This document shows positions 16,747 through 26,323 of a stretch of DNA of 55,666 nt, one piece after another. The stretch covers positions 1 through 55,666 of the forward strand of contig CAVAPG010000001.1 of NCBI GenBank assembly GCA_963590435.1, given 5' to 3'. Made by a program: the position numbers and the translations under genes. Source of the stretch: a bacterium (GTDB lineage: Bacteria; Bacillota; Clostridia; Oscillospirales; Oscillospiraceae). Every line of letters starts with the position of its first letter. Positions within the stretch are counted from its first letter, which is position 1. The notes under the pieces are model-generated. The model saw nothing but the letters and a program-made list of their open reading frames with translations, did no database searches and was not told the origin of the DNA.

Positions 16747-17771
16747 ACATGGAATTTAAAAGAAAAATGCCCACGCCGCAGGCCGTGAAGGAAATGTATC
16801 CGATAACATCCGAGCTTGCAGGCAGAAAAAAGGAGACCGATGCGGCGCTCAGAAAAATATTCACGGGTGAGGATGACAGACTCGTGCTGATTATCGGTCC
16901 ATGCTCTGCCGACCGCGAGGACGCGGTGCTTGATTATATATCGCGCCTGCGCCCCGTGCAGGAAAAGGTCAGCGATAAAATTCTTATCGTGCCGAGAGTT
17001 TACACGAATAAGCCCAGAACTACCGGCGACGGCTACAAGGGCATGCTCCATCAGCCCGATCCAAACAGCTCACCGGACATGCTGCGCGGCATCATTGCCA
17101 TACGCAAAATGCACATGAAGGTTCTTGCCGAGACGGGATTTTCCTGCGCCGATGAGATGCTCTATCCGGAAAACCACCACTATCTGTCGGATATGCTCAG
17201 CTATGTCGCCGTCGGTGCAAGATCGGTAGAAAACCAGCTGCACAGGCTCACTGCCAGCGGCCTTGACCTGCCTGTCGGCATGAAAAATCCCACAAGCGGC
17301 GATCTTTCCGTCATGATGAACTCCATCACCGCAGGTCAGCATCCGCACACATTCGTCTACTCCAACTGGGAGGTCAACAGCAAGGGCAATCCCCTCACCC
17401 ACGCCATTCTGCGCGGCTCGTCAAACAAGCACGGCAGAACCATTCCCAACTACCACTATGAGGATATAAAGCTATTGTGCGAGCTGTATGCCGAAAAGGG
17501 GCTCAAAAATCCTGCCGTCGTTATCGACACAAATCACTCAAACTCCGGCAAGCAATGGGATGAGCAGCCGCGCATCGCAAAGGAGATACTCCACAATGCC
17601 CGCCATTCAGAGGATATTCACCGCCTTGTCAAGGGTCTGATGATAGAATCATACATAGTTGACGGCAATCAGAAGCCAGACGGCGGCGTTTACGGCAAGA
17701 GCATAACCGATGCCTGCTTAGGCTGGGAGAAAACCGAAAGGCTCATATACGAGCTTGCCGATCTGAGATAA
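16743..17771 (+). CDS. 3-deoxy-7-phosphoheptulonate (DAHP) synthase, class I-alpha (E. coli AroG-like)
   Basis: LIIGPCSADRED...RVYTNKPRTTGDGYKGML...IDTNHSNS resemble AroF/G/H-type enzymes. Confidence 0.85.
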   Translation: MNMEFKRKMPTPQAVKEMYPITSELAGRKKETDAALRKIFTGEDDRLVLIIGPCSADREDAVLDYISRLRPVQEKVSDKILIVPRVYTNKPRTTGDGYKGMLHQPDPNSSPDMLRGIIAIRKMHMKVLAETGFSCADEMLYPENHHYLSDMLSYVAVGARSVENQLHRLTASGLDLPVGMKNPTSGDLSVMMNSITAGQHPHTFVYSNWEVNSKGNPLTHAILRGSSNKHGRTIPNYHYEDIKLLCELYAEKGLKNPAVVIDTNHSNSGKQWDEQPRIAKEILHNARHSEDIHRLVKGLMIESYIVDGNQKPDGGVYGKSITDACLGWEKTERLIYELADLR

Positions 17772-17810
17772 TCCGATTATTTATAATTCAATCTTTAAGG
17801 AGGTCTTATT

Positions 17811-19004
17811 ATGATATCCGAAAAAATGCTTTCACTCGGAAAGAGCGAAAATGTCATTCGTGCGATTGCCGCCTATGCAGACGCACGCCGTGCCGAGATA
17901 GGCAGTGAGAATGTCTTTGACTTCAGCATCGGAAACCCGAATGTTCCCACGCCCGAAAAAGTCAGGCAGACGCTCATCGAGCTTCTTCGCGATGAGGACA
18001 GTCTCGCCCTGCACAGCTACACTGCCGCACCCGGAATAATGGCGGCGCGAAAAGCCGCCGCGGCACAGGAGAGTATAAGAGCAGGATATGAAATTCCGGC
18101 AGAGAGCATATATCTGACCTCCGGTGCGTCATCTTCGCTGGCGATAGTCATGGCAGCTCTGACAGGAAGTGGAGAGCGCGTTGCCGTGCTTGCGCCGTAC
18201 TTCCCCGAATACAGGGTATTTGCGGAAAACGCAGGTGCCGAGCTTGTGGAAATTCCGCCTGCAGGCGAGGATATGCAGCCGTTTATGGCAGCCTTTGAGG
18301 CAGCTGTCGATCAGGGCGTTGCGGCGGTTATCATAAACTCCCCGAACAATCCTTCGGGTGCGATACTCAGCGAGCAGACACTGCGCGTCATGTCGAAAAT
18401 TCTTCAGGTTGCCGAGCAGGAGCAGGGCCACAGCATATATCTCATCTCCGATGAGCCGTACCGTGAGCTGGTCTACGGCGGTCAGAGCGTTCCGTTTGTG
18501 CCGAATTTCTACCATAACACCATCGTGTGCTACTCATATTCCAAGAGTCTGTCCCTGCCGGGCGAAAGACTCGGCTATATCATGGTGCCGCCCTGCGTTT
18601 CGGACAGCAGTGACGTCTTCGCCGCCGTGTGCGGAGCCGGCAGAGCTCTGGGATATATTAACGCACCAAGTTTGATGCAGCATATGCTTGCAAAATGCGC
18701 CGATCTGCGGCCCGACATAACAAGCTACGCGAAAAACCGCGACACACTGTACAATGCGCTGACGGGCTTCGGCTTTGACTGCGTAAAGCCGGACGGCGCG
18801 TTCTATCTGTTCATAAAAGCACCCAAGGGCGACAGCGCCGATGAGTTCTGCGAAAAGGCAAAGCGCTTTGAGATACTGCTCGTTCCGTCCGACAGCTTCG
18901 GCGTTTCAGGATATGCCCGCCTTGCCTACTGTGTTTCCGAGGACACCGCTGAGCACTCCCTGCCGGCATTCGAAAAGCTCGCCTGCGCCTACGGGCTGAA
19001 ATGA
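17811..19004 (+). CDS. PLP-dependent class I/II aminotransferase (aspartate/aromatic type), last gene of the aromatic operon
   Basis: 397 aa. NSPNNPSG and YSYSKSLSLPGERLGY (PLP-lysine) motifs. Confidence 0.85.
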   Translation: MISEKMLSLGKSENVIRAIAAYADARRAEIGSENVFDFSIGNPNVPTPEKVRQTLIELLRDEDSLALHSYTAAPGIMAARKAAAAQESIRAGYEIPAESIYLTSGASSSLAIVMAALTGSGERVAVLAPYFPEYRVFAENAGAELVEIPPAGEDMQPFMAAFEAAVDQGVAAVIINSPNNPSGAILSEQTLRVMSKILQVAEQEQGHSIYLISDEPYRELVYGGQSVPFVPNFYHNTIVCYSYSKSLSLPGERLGYIMVPPCVSDSSDVFAAVCGAGRALGYINAPSLMQHMLAKCADLRPDITSYAKNRDTLYNALTGFGFDCVKPDGAFYLFIKAPKGDSADEFCEKAKRFEILLVPSDSFGVSGYARLAYCVSEDTAEHSLPAFEKLACAYGLK

Positions 19005-19042
19005 CGATAATTAATCCGTGAAATTGATAAGATGAAAAGACG

Positions 19043-19073
19043 CCCTCCCGATGCAGAACATACATCGAGAGGG
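19043..19073. terminator. Hairpin between the convergent aminotransferase and UPF0126 genes
   Basis: ccctcccgatg-N9-catcgagaggg (one mismatch). On the minus strand it is followed by tcttttcatctt. Confidence 0.55.
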
Positions 19074-19125
19074 TGTCAAACTTTATGATTAAGTTGGATA
19101 CCGGGGTACAGCAAGTCAATTGGTT

Positions 19126-19761
19126 CTACTCCAAATCGACTGACGGGAGATTCCATTTATATATGGTTGCAAAAAGGCGCAGGGCAAATATAAGCAGCAT
19201 TCCGCAGCCTATCGACACAAGCTGGTTTACCCCCACGGCAAGCATTGCATAATACAATCCGCCGCCGAGCAGAGACGCAACGGCGTACACGCGCTTTCTG
19301 AGCACCTTCGGCATGGTGTTGGTCATAATATCACGCAGCATTCCGCCGCCGACGCCTGTGCACATGCCGACAAACAGCACAAGGATTACATTATCACTCA
19401 CGGGGATTGCGGCATTCATGCCCGATATGGTGAACACGGCAAGTCCGATTGCGTCAAAGATATTGTTGACGGCATCAAGCTTGTCCAGGTGCTTTTTATA
19501 CTTCTCGCGCCTGAGGTAGGCATCGACAAACACAGCCAGTGCCGCCGCGGCGGAAATGAGAAGATAGTAATAGCTTGTGAACATAACAGGCGGTATCCTG
19601 CCTATCAGCAGATCGCGGATAACACCGCCGCCGAGGGCTGTTGTTATTGCAAGAAACAGCACTCCGAACACATCGGCTTTTTTCTCAATCCCCACCATCG
19701 CGCCGGACACGGCAAATGCCGCCGCACCGACAAGCTCGAGAATGAACATTACATCATCCAT
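19126..19761 (-). CDS. Trimeric intracellular cation channel-like / UPF0126 (YadS/YicG) membrane protein
   Basis: Two UPF0126 repeats containing the GGG(V/M)(I/L)RD motif (GGGVIRDLL, GGGMLRDIM). Confidence 0.8.
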   Translation of the reverse strand: MDDVMFILELVGAAAFAVSGAMVGIEKKADVFGVLFLAITTALGGGVIRDLLIGRIPPVMFTSYYYLLISAAAALAVFVDAYLRREKYKKHLDKLDAVNNIFDAIGLAVFTISGMNAAIPVSDNVILVLFVGMCTGVGGGMLRDIMTNTMPKVLRKRVYAVASLLGGGLYYAMLAVGVNQLVSIGCGMLLIFALRLFATIYKWNLPSVDLE

Positions 19762-19775
19762 GTTTGATATATTTA

Positions 19776-20867
19776 TCAGACATTGAACCTGAACAGCGTA
19801 ACATCGCCGTCATGCATTACATATTCCTTGCCCTCGGAGCGTACGAGGCCTTTTTCTTTCGCCGCCGCCATGCTTCCGCAGGCCTTGAGATCGTCAAAGG
19901 CAACTATTTCGGCGCGTATGAAGCCGCGCTCAAAGTCCGTGTGGATTTTTCCGGCAGCCTGCGGTGCCTTTGTTCCGCGCTTTATCATCCATGCTCTGCA
20001 CTCATCGCTTCCGCAGGTGAGGAAGGATATGAGACCGAGCAGGGAGTATGACGTTTTTATCATGCGGTCGAGTCCCGACTGACTCATGCCGAGCTCTTCA
20101 AGGAACATCTCGCGTTCATCCGGCTCAAGTACGGCAATTTCCGCCTCTATCTTCGCGCAGATTGGCAGAACCTGAGCTCCCTCCTTTGCGGCGATGTCGC
20201 AAAGCTGCTTGTAGTAGGCGTTGTTCTCATAATCGGCGATGCCGTCCTCATCCATATTCGCGGCATAGATGACAGGCTTTATCGTCAGCAGATCACTCGT
20301 CGCGATAAGCTCCATGTCATCGGGCTCACACTCGTAGCTGCGCACGCTTTTCCCCTCATTGAGGTGCTCAAGCAGGCCCTTGAAAACCTCCGCCTCGTGC
20401 AGATATTTCTTATCGCCCTTGGCGTTTTTGTTTGCCTTTTCTATTCTGCGCTCAACCATTTCCATGTCTGCCATGATAAGCTCAAGGTCGATAATTTCGA
20501 CATCGCGCACAGGATCTGTTCCGCCTTCGACATGGATGACGTTTTCATCGTCGAAGCATCTTACCACATGGACTATCGCATCGGTATTGCGTATGTTCGA
20601 CAGGAATTTATTTCCGAGGCCCTCGCCCTTGGATGCACCCTTGACAAGTCCTGCTATATCGACAAATTCTATAACAGCAGGTGTGTATTTTTTCGGCTCA
20701 TATATAGACGCGAGGAAGTCCAGTCGCTCATCGGGCACCGTGACCATGCCGACATTGGGCTCTATCGTGCAGAACGGATAGTTTGCACTCTCGGCTCCTG
20801 CGTTTGTTATTGCATTGAAAAGTGTTGATTTGCCGACATTCGGCAGTCCGACGATACCAAGCTTCAT
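19776..20867 (-). CDS. ychF: Redox-regulated ribosome-binding ATPase YchF
   Basis: MKLGIVGLPNVGKSTLFNAIT..., a TGS-like C-terminus and FIRAEIV. Confidence 0.9.
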   Translation of the reverse strand: MKLGIVGLPNVGKSTLFNAITNAGAESANYPFCTIEPNVGMVTVPDERLDFLASIYEPKKYTPAVIEFVDIAGLVKGASKGEGLGNKFLSNIRNTDAIVHVVRCFDDENVIHVEGGTDPVRDVEIIDLELIMADMEMVERRIEKANKNAKGDKKYLHEAEVFKGLLEHLNEGKSVRSYECEPDDMELIATSDLLTIKPVIYAANMDEDGIADYENNAYYKQLCDIAAKEGAQVLPICAKIEAEIAVLEPDEREMFLEELGMSQSGLDRMIKTSYSLLGLISFLTCGSDECRAWMIKRGTKAPQAAGKIHTDFERGFIRAEIVAFDDLKACGSMAAAKEKGLVRSEGKEYVMHDGDVTLFRFNV

Positions 20868-20976
20868 TTTTTCGTCTCCTTAGAAATCAGAAAATGTTGA
20901 CTTACACTGTTGTTCCGCAATTAATAGATTATAACAGCATTGCGGATTTCTCTCAAGCTGTTTTATGCGTTTTTCA

Positions 20977-21639
20977 TCATATTTTGAGCACAAAGTGGCT
21001 TTTATGAAAGTCGAGCAGACCCTCATCGCGCATTTTGCCAAGCTCCAGCGACAGTCCGCTGCGCTCAACCGCAAGATAGTCGGCAAGCTGCTGCCTTGAA
21101 AATGGAATATCGAACTCATAGCACCCACGGCGCTGGGCCTCCGCTGAAAAATACGAAAGCAGCTTTGCGCGCGTTGTGCGCTGGCTCATATGAACAAGCT
21201 TTTCATTAAAACGCAGGTTTTTTTCGGCAAGCTCTCCGAGCAGATTACGGATAATACGGCTGTGGTGCTCACAGGCAGAGGAGCAAACCGTCAGAATCCG
21301 CTTCACATTCAGATTCAGCACCGTGACGGGCGTCTGCGCCGTCACACTGACATTGAGCAGCTCACCCGGAGCGCAGGCAAAGGACGCGGCAAAGGTCTGC
21401 CCGGCTCCGACCTTCGACAGGATATTCCGATTGCCCCAGACATCCTCCTGTATCACCAGCACGCTTCCTTCAAGGACCATGCCTATCGTATCGATTGCAT
21501 CTCCGGCGCGGCGAATAAATGCGTCCTTGGGAAATCTCTCCGTCTTTGCGTCAAGGCAGCCCAGCATTGCCGTAAGCTCAGTTTCGGAAATACCGTTAAA
21601 GAGCTGCGACGAGCGTATTATTTGAAGAAATTCTTTCAT
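20977..21639 (-). CDS. Crp/Fnr-family transcriptional regulator (HcpR-like by context)
   Basis: cNMP-binding fold followed by a C-terminal HTH (SRQQLADYLAVERSGLSLELGKM). Start moved to ATG 21639 (AGGAG upstream); the listed 21666 start is a TTG. Confidence 0.8.
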   Translation of the reverse strand: MKEFLQIIRSSQLFNGISETELTAMLGCLDAKTERFPKDAFIRRAGDAIDTIGMVLEGSVLVIQEDVWGNRNILSKVGAGQTFAASFACAPGELLNVSVTAQTPVTVLNLNVKRILTVCSSACEHHSRIIRNLLGELAEKNLRFNEKLVHMSQRTTRAKLLSYFSAEAQRRGCYEFDIPFSRQQLADYLAVERSGLSLELGKMRDEGLLDFHKSHFVLKI

Positions 21640-21653
21640 GTTGCTCCTTTTTT

Positions 21654-21667
21654 GTTGAAATTTCAAC
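21654..21667. promoter_or_regulatory. Perfect 14-bp palindrome GTTGAAATTTCAAC in the divergent crp-like/hcp intergenic region (candidate Crp/Fnr-type operator)
   Basis: 5-N4-5 symmetry like the FNR/CRP box TTGAT-N4-ATCAA. It sits 15 nt upstream of the regulator ATG and ~105 nt upstream of hcp. Confidence 0.5.
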
Positions 21668-21771
21668 GGACATGTTTAATTTATTATAATATAATGCGCT
21701 CACAAAGGCAAGTTATGAATTTATTCTAATCTATCTGATTTATTAGAAACAGTGAAAAAGGAGTGCATAAA

Positions 21772-23367
21772 ATGGATAACAAAATGTTTTGCTTCCAGTG
21801 TGAACAGACGGCAGGCTGCACCGGATGCACCGGCAAAGCCGGCGTGTGCGGAAAGACAGCGGAGATTGCGGCGTTGCAGGACAAGCTGACCGGAGCCCTT
21901 ATAGGTCTGGCAAGAGCAACAAACGGCGGCACACAGACAAGCCCCGACACATGGCGTCTTATAATCGAGGGACTGTTTACAACAGTAACCAATGTCAATT
22001 TCAACGAGAAAACCCTCAATGCTCTTATAGAGCAGGTTCACAATGAGAAAAACCGTCTTGCTCCGAACTGCTCGGCATGCGAGTCTGTCTGCGGCAAAAG
22101 CGATGACTACGACATGAACAATGTCTGGACTGCAAACGAAGATATCCGCAGCCTGAAATCGCTTATTCTCTTCGGCGTGCGCGGCATGGCAGCTTACGCT
22201 CACCACGCAATGGTGCTCGGCTACACCGATGACGAAGTCAACGGCTTCTTTGCAAAGGCTCTGTGCGCAGTCGGCGAGGACTGGGGCATGGACGAGCTGC
22301 TCCCCATCGTCATGGAAGTCGGCGAGAAGAACCTCAAGTGCATGGCACTTCTGGACAAGGCCAACACCGAAGCCTACGGAACTCCCGCACCTGTCACGGT
22401 TCCTCTGACGGTCGAAAAGGGTCCGTTCATCGTTATCACAGGTCACGATCTGCGCGATCTTAAAATGCTTCTGGAGCAGACCGAGGGCAAGGGCATAAAT
22501 ATCTACACCCACGGCGAGATGCTTCCGGCTCACGCTTATCCCGAGCTCAAGAAATATCCTCACCTCAAGGGCAATTTCGGCACCGCATGGCAGAATCAGC
22601 AGAAGGAGTTTGCAAATCTCCCCGCTCCCGTACTGTACACAACAAACTGCCTCATGCCGCCGAAGGCGAGCTACTCCGACCGCATTTTCACAACAGCGCT
22701 GGTCTCATACCCCGAGATGATCCATATTGATGACAATAAGGACTTCACTCCCGTAATCGAAAAGGCCCTGGAGCTCGGCGGATATTCCGAGGATCAGCAC
22801 TTTACCGGAATCAACGGCGGCAGCAGCGTTATGACAGGCTTTGCGCGTGGAACCGTTCTCGGCGTTGCAGATAAAGTCATAGATGCCGTCAAGGCAGGCG
22901 ACATAAAGCATTTCTTCCTCGTTGCAGGATGTGACGGCGCCCGTCCCGGCCGCAATTACTACACCGAGTTTGTAAAGCAGACTCCGGCAGACACAGTCGT
23001 TCTGACGCTTGCCTGCGGCAAATACCGCTTCAATGACCTCGACCTCGGTACAATCGGCGGACTGCCGCGTCTGATGGATGTCGGTCAGTGCAATGACGCA
23101 TACAGCGCAATTCAGATTGCCGTGGCTCTTGCCGATGCTTTCGGCTGCGGCGTAAACGATCTGCCTCTGTCCATGGTCCTGTCCTGGTACGAGCAGAAGG
23201 CCGTATGCATCCTGCTGACGCTGCTGTATCTCGGCATAAAAAACATCCGCCTCGGCCCCACACTTCCGGCGTTTATATCCCCGAATGTGCTCAACTTCCT
23301 TGTTGAAAACTTCGGCATTGCACCGATTACCACTCCCGAAGAGGACATCGCCGCTCTTCTGAAATAA
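21772..23367 (+). CDS. hcp: Hybrid-cluster protein / hydroxylamine reductase
   Basis: N-terminal MFCFQCEQT..C..C..GVCGK cysteine motif; ~530 aa. AGGAG lies 8 nt before ATG 21772. Confidence 0.9.
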   Translation: MDNKMFCFQCEQTAGCTGCTGKAGVCGKTAEIAALQDKLTGALIGLARATNGGTQTSPDTWRLIIEGLFTTVTNVNFNEKTLNALIEQVHNEKNRLAPNCSACESVCGKSDDYDMNNVWTANEDIRSLKSLILFGVRGMAAYAHHAMVLGYTDDEVNGFFAKALCAVGEDWGMDELLPIVMEVGEKNLKCMALLDKANTEAYGTPAPVTVPLTVEKGPFIVITGHDLRDLKMLLEQTEGKGINIYTHGEMLPAHAYPELKKYPHLKGNFGTAWQNQQKEFANLPAPVLYTTNCLMPPKASYSDRIFTTALVSYPEMIHIDDNKDFTPVIEKALELGGYSEDQHFTGINGGSSVMTGFARGTVLGVADKVIDAVKAGDIKHFFLVAGCDGARPGRNYYTEFVKQTPADTVVLTLACGKYRFNDLDLGTIGGLPRLMDVGQCNDAYSAIQIAVALADAFGCGVNDLPLSMVLSWYEQKAVCILLTLLYLGIKNIRLGPTLPAFISPNVLNFLVENFGIAPITTPEEDIAALLK

Positions 23368-23385
23368 AACGGCATATATTGCAAA

Positions 23386-23423
23386 ACCTCCGTCGGATAT
23401 GCATCCGCCGGAGGTCTTTTTTC
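23386..23423 (+). terminator. Rho-independent terminator after hcp
   Basis: acctccgtcgg-N8-ccgccggaggt followed by cttttttctt. Confidence 0.8.
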
Positions 23424-23486
23424 TTGTAACTTACGCAAAACAGGTGTATAATTAGTGCCCGATTAATTGTTTTCTTGAGGTGCTGT

Positions 23487-24206
23487 ATGCTGCAGCTTGC
23501 TATTTGCGACGATGACGAATTATTCAGAGAACAGGCCGCTAAAATTGCGGACGGGGCACTGCAGGCAGTGCCGCATTCACTGCGCCTTTTTGACAATGCC
23601 GAGGCACTGCAGTTTGAAATAAGCGAAGGCGGATATGTTCCCGATATTGCCGTTCTGGACATTCGCATGACCGGCACGGACGGTATAACGCTGGCAAAGG
23701 ACATAAACAAGCTCGTTCCCGACTGCAGAGTTATATTTATCTCAAGCTACAGCGACTATCTCATGGATGCATATGAGACAGAGCATATATATTATGTCCT
23801 GAAGTCCGACATGGAGCGCAGGCTGCCCGTTGCGCTTGGCAAAGCGCTCAGCGCAAACAGCATATGCAGACAGTTCGTTGTTAAAACAGGCTCCACGCGC
23901 AGGGTTATTCCGCTGCGCGATGTTCTGTATCTTGAGCGGCAGCTGCACAAAACAATCGTACATACCTGCACTGAAATGCTGGACACGAGCCAATCGCCGC
24001 AGAACATACTCGATTCAGCCGAGGCCGCATCGGAATTTATACGCTGCCACCAGAGCTATTGGGTCAACTGCCGCGCAATACTGTCAGTTGACGGCGATGC
24101 CTTTGAGCTCTCCGACGGCCGCCGCATACCCATTAGCCGTGCGCGCAAGGCCGAAGCACGAGAAGCATTTTTCCGTATTCTGTCCGGCACTGCGGCAAGG
24201 CAGTAA
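23487..24206 (+). CDS. LytTR/AlgR-family response regulator
   Basis: Receiver domain (ICDDD...LDIRMTGTDG) plus a LytTR DNA-binding C-terminus (RVIPLRDVLYLE...HQSYWVN). Confidence 0.85.
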   Translation: MLQLAICDDDELFREQAAKIADGALQAVPHSLRLFDNAEALQFEISEGGYVPDIAVLDIRMTGTDGITLAKDINKLVPDCRVIFISSYSDYLMDAYETEHIYYVLKSDMERRLPVALGKALSANSICRQFVVKTGSTRRVIPLRDVLYLERQLHKTIVHTCTEMLDTSQSPQNILDSAEAASEFIRCHQSYWVNCRAILSVDGDAFELSDGRRIPISRARKAEAREAFFRILSGTAARQ

Positions 24207-24227
24207 GGCCTGAATATATGAGAGGAT

Positions 24228-25553
24228 GTGTCTTATTTGGAGTATAACGGATATGTTGCGGATGTGCTGTTTCAGCTTGTTATCTTTGCATTATGGACGG
24301 CATTCCTGTGGCGCGTACTGGATGGGAGGCGTTTCTCCGTTCCGGTCACATGCCTGCTTGCGCTCATCATAGCTCTGGCATATAACCTGCCGATACTGGC
24401 TTTGACCGAGTCCGGAAGCACGACGAGGCTTCTGCTTTATCCTGTCGGCTCGCTTGCCGCGGCGTTTCTGCTGTTTTACGGCAAGCCCATGCGCAAAATT
24501 TTTGCTTCCGCCGTGGAACTGGCAGGCTCAATGCTGGCAGAAAGCTTGATAGTTCCGATGATGAACGGCACCGAAATTACCGGCAAGATCGGACCGTGGG
24601 GTGATCCGAAAATGCTCATTATCGGAGCGATAATGATACCGCTTGTCGCGATTGTCCTCCTGCTGCTTTCAATACCCATGACAAGACTAAGGGATAATCT
24701 GTCCGCAAAGCAGATGATTGTTTTCGCCGTACTGCCGCTGTCGCAGATTGCAAGCTTCATTTCGACTGAAACGGCATTTACCACAACCGGACGGTATGAT
24801 CACATCGCGGTTTTGTTTGGCTCCATGGTTGTCAGTGTGCTCGCGGATATTGCCCTTTATATCATGATGATTCGAACCGAACAGCGTGTTGCGCTTGAGA
24901 CGGAAAACAAGCTTCTTGAAAAGCAGCTTGAGCTGCAGCTTTCGCATTATGAGGCGCTCACCGAGCAGTATGAGCAGGTGCGCACCATGCGGCACGATAT
25001 ATACCACCATCTGAACACGATTAATATTCTTCTGCGCGAGGGCAACACATCGGAGGCCGCGGAGTATGCAGACCAGCTCATGCCCATGCAGCAGCACATT
25101 TCAAAGCTCGGCAGCTGTCTGAATCCCGTGGTTGATGCATTTCTGTTCAGCCGTGTTCGGGACGCGCGTGAGGGCGGCATTGATGTAACGGTCGATGTAA
25201 CCCTGCCGCCGGAGCTTGGGGTTTCAAACACCGATCTTATTGTTCTGTTCGGCAACATCATGGATAACGCCGTCGAAGCCTGCACACGCGAAAGTGAAAA
25301 GCATATTGATCTGCATGCGCACATGGCAAAGGGCTATCTGATAGTAACGGAAACAAATCCCGCACATTCGAAGGACGCGGAAAAGAAGCGCAGAATTCCC
25401 GAGCTGGAGCGCGGCGTCGGCTTCCGCATTCTCTCGTCGCTTGCGAAAAAATATGACGGCAGCTTTGAGCACAATCTTGCCGACGGAGCATACACCGTCA
25501 CGGTAATTCTGAAATCATCCCCTGCAAAGGAAAATAAAAAAGACGATAAATAA
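24228..25553 (+). CDS. Membrane sensor histidine kinase, AgrC/ComD-like GHKL (HPK10-type)
   Basis: GTG start with a GAGAGGA RBS. About 6 TM helices, an MRHDIYHHLN H-box and a GHKL ATPase region (FGNIMDNAVEA ... GVGFRILSSLAKKYDG). Confidence 0.8.
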   Translation: MSYLEYNGYVADVLFQLVIFALWTAFLWRVLDGRRFSVPVTCLLALIIALAYNLPILALTESGSTTRLLLYPVGSLAAAFLLFYGKPMRKIFASAVELAGSMLAESLIVPMMNGTEITGKIGPWGDPKMLIIGAIMIPLVAIVLLLLSIPMTRLRDNLSAKQMIVFAVLPLSQIASFISTETAFTTTGRYDHIAVLFGSMVVSVLADIALYIMMIRTEQRVALETENKLLEKQLELQLSHYEALTEQYEQVRTMRHDIYHHLNTINILLREGNTSEAAEYADQLMPMQQHISKLGSCLNPVVDAFLFSRVRDAREGGIDVTVDVTLPPELGVSNTDLIVLFGNIMDNAVEACTRESEKHIDLHAHMAKGYLIVTETNPAHSKDAEKKRRIPELERGVGFRILSSLAKKYDGSFEHNLADGAYTVTVILKSSPAKENKKDDK

Positions 25554-25568
25554 AGGTGGGCAGTAATT

Positions 25569-26270
25569 ATGAATAAGAAAATAATCGGAATTCTCGGTGG
25601 AATGGGTCCTGCCGCAACGGCGGATCTGTTCAGCAAAATCATAAGGTCAACCAAGGCAGCCTGCGATCAGGAGCATCTGCATGTTATCATCGACAGCAAC
25701 ACCGACATTCCCGACCGCACCGCGGCGCTTCTGAGCGGCGGTGCCGACCCCACACAGCAGCTTGTTTTAAGCGCGAGGCGGCTTGAGGCCGCAGGGGCCG
25801 AGCTTATTATCATGCCCTGCAACACGGCGCACTGCTTCCATGACGCGGTAAGCTCGAGCGTGTCGGTCCCTGTGCTGCATATGATAAAGCTTACAGCCGA
25901 AGAGCTGAAGCGTCAGGGGATTACCTGCGCCGGGCTTCTGGCAACCGACGGGACCGTGCGCACGGGCATTTATGAGCGCTGCTTTGAGGGGAGCGGTATT
26001 GAGCTTATAACTCCGTCGGAGACGGCTCAGCGCGCGGTTATGGATATAATCTATAAGGGCGTCAAGGCCGGAGAGAGCGACTTTGACACCACAGAATTCG
26101 AACAGGCCGCACGGGAGCTGCTTGAGCGCGGTGCGCAGACGCTTATCCTCGGCTGTACGGAGCTTCCGCCGGCTTTTGAAATTTACAATCTCGATTATCC
26201 CCACACGGACCCGACACTGGTGCTTGCGCGTGCCGCTGTGCTTGCCGCAGGCGGCGCTCTCAATGACTGA
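25569..26270 (+). CDS. Aspartate/glutamate-family amino-acid racemase
   Basis: IGILGGMGPAAT, MPCNTAH and LGCTELP motifs with two catalytic Cys. Confidence 0.85.
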   Translation: MNKKIIGILGGMGPAATADLFSKIIRSTKAACDQEHLHVIIDSNTDIPDRTAALLSGGADPTQQLVLSARRLEAAGAELIIMPCNTAHCFHDAVSSSVSVPVLHMIKLTAEELKRQGITCAGLLATDGTVRTGIYERCFEGSGIELITPSETAQRAVMDIIYKGVKAGESDFDTTEFEQAARELLERGAQTLILGCTELPPAFEIYNLDYPHTDPTLVLARAAVLAAGGALND

Positions 26271-26285
26271 ATAACGGCTGATTTG

Positions 26286-26323
26286 CACATCCCTTGAAGC
26301 ATAATCCGGGGGATGTGTTTTTT
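26286..26323 (+). terminator. Rho-independent terminator after the racemase gene
   Basis: cacatccc-N15-ggggatgtg followed by tttttt. Confidence 0.75.

Noticed and set aside
21721-22563. 280-aa minus-strand ORF.
   Set aside because: It is antisense to hcp, and it would also run through the hcp promoter region.
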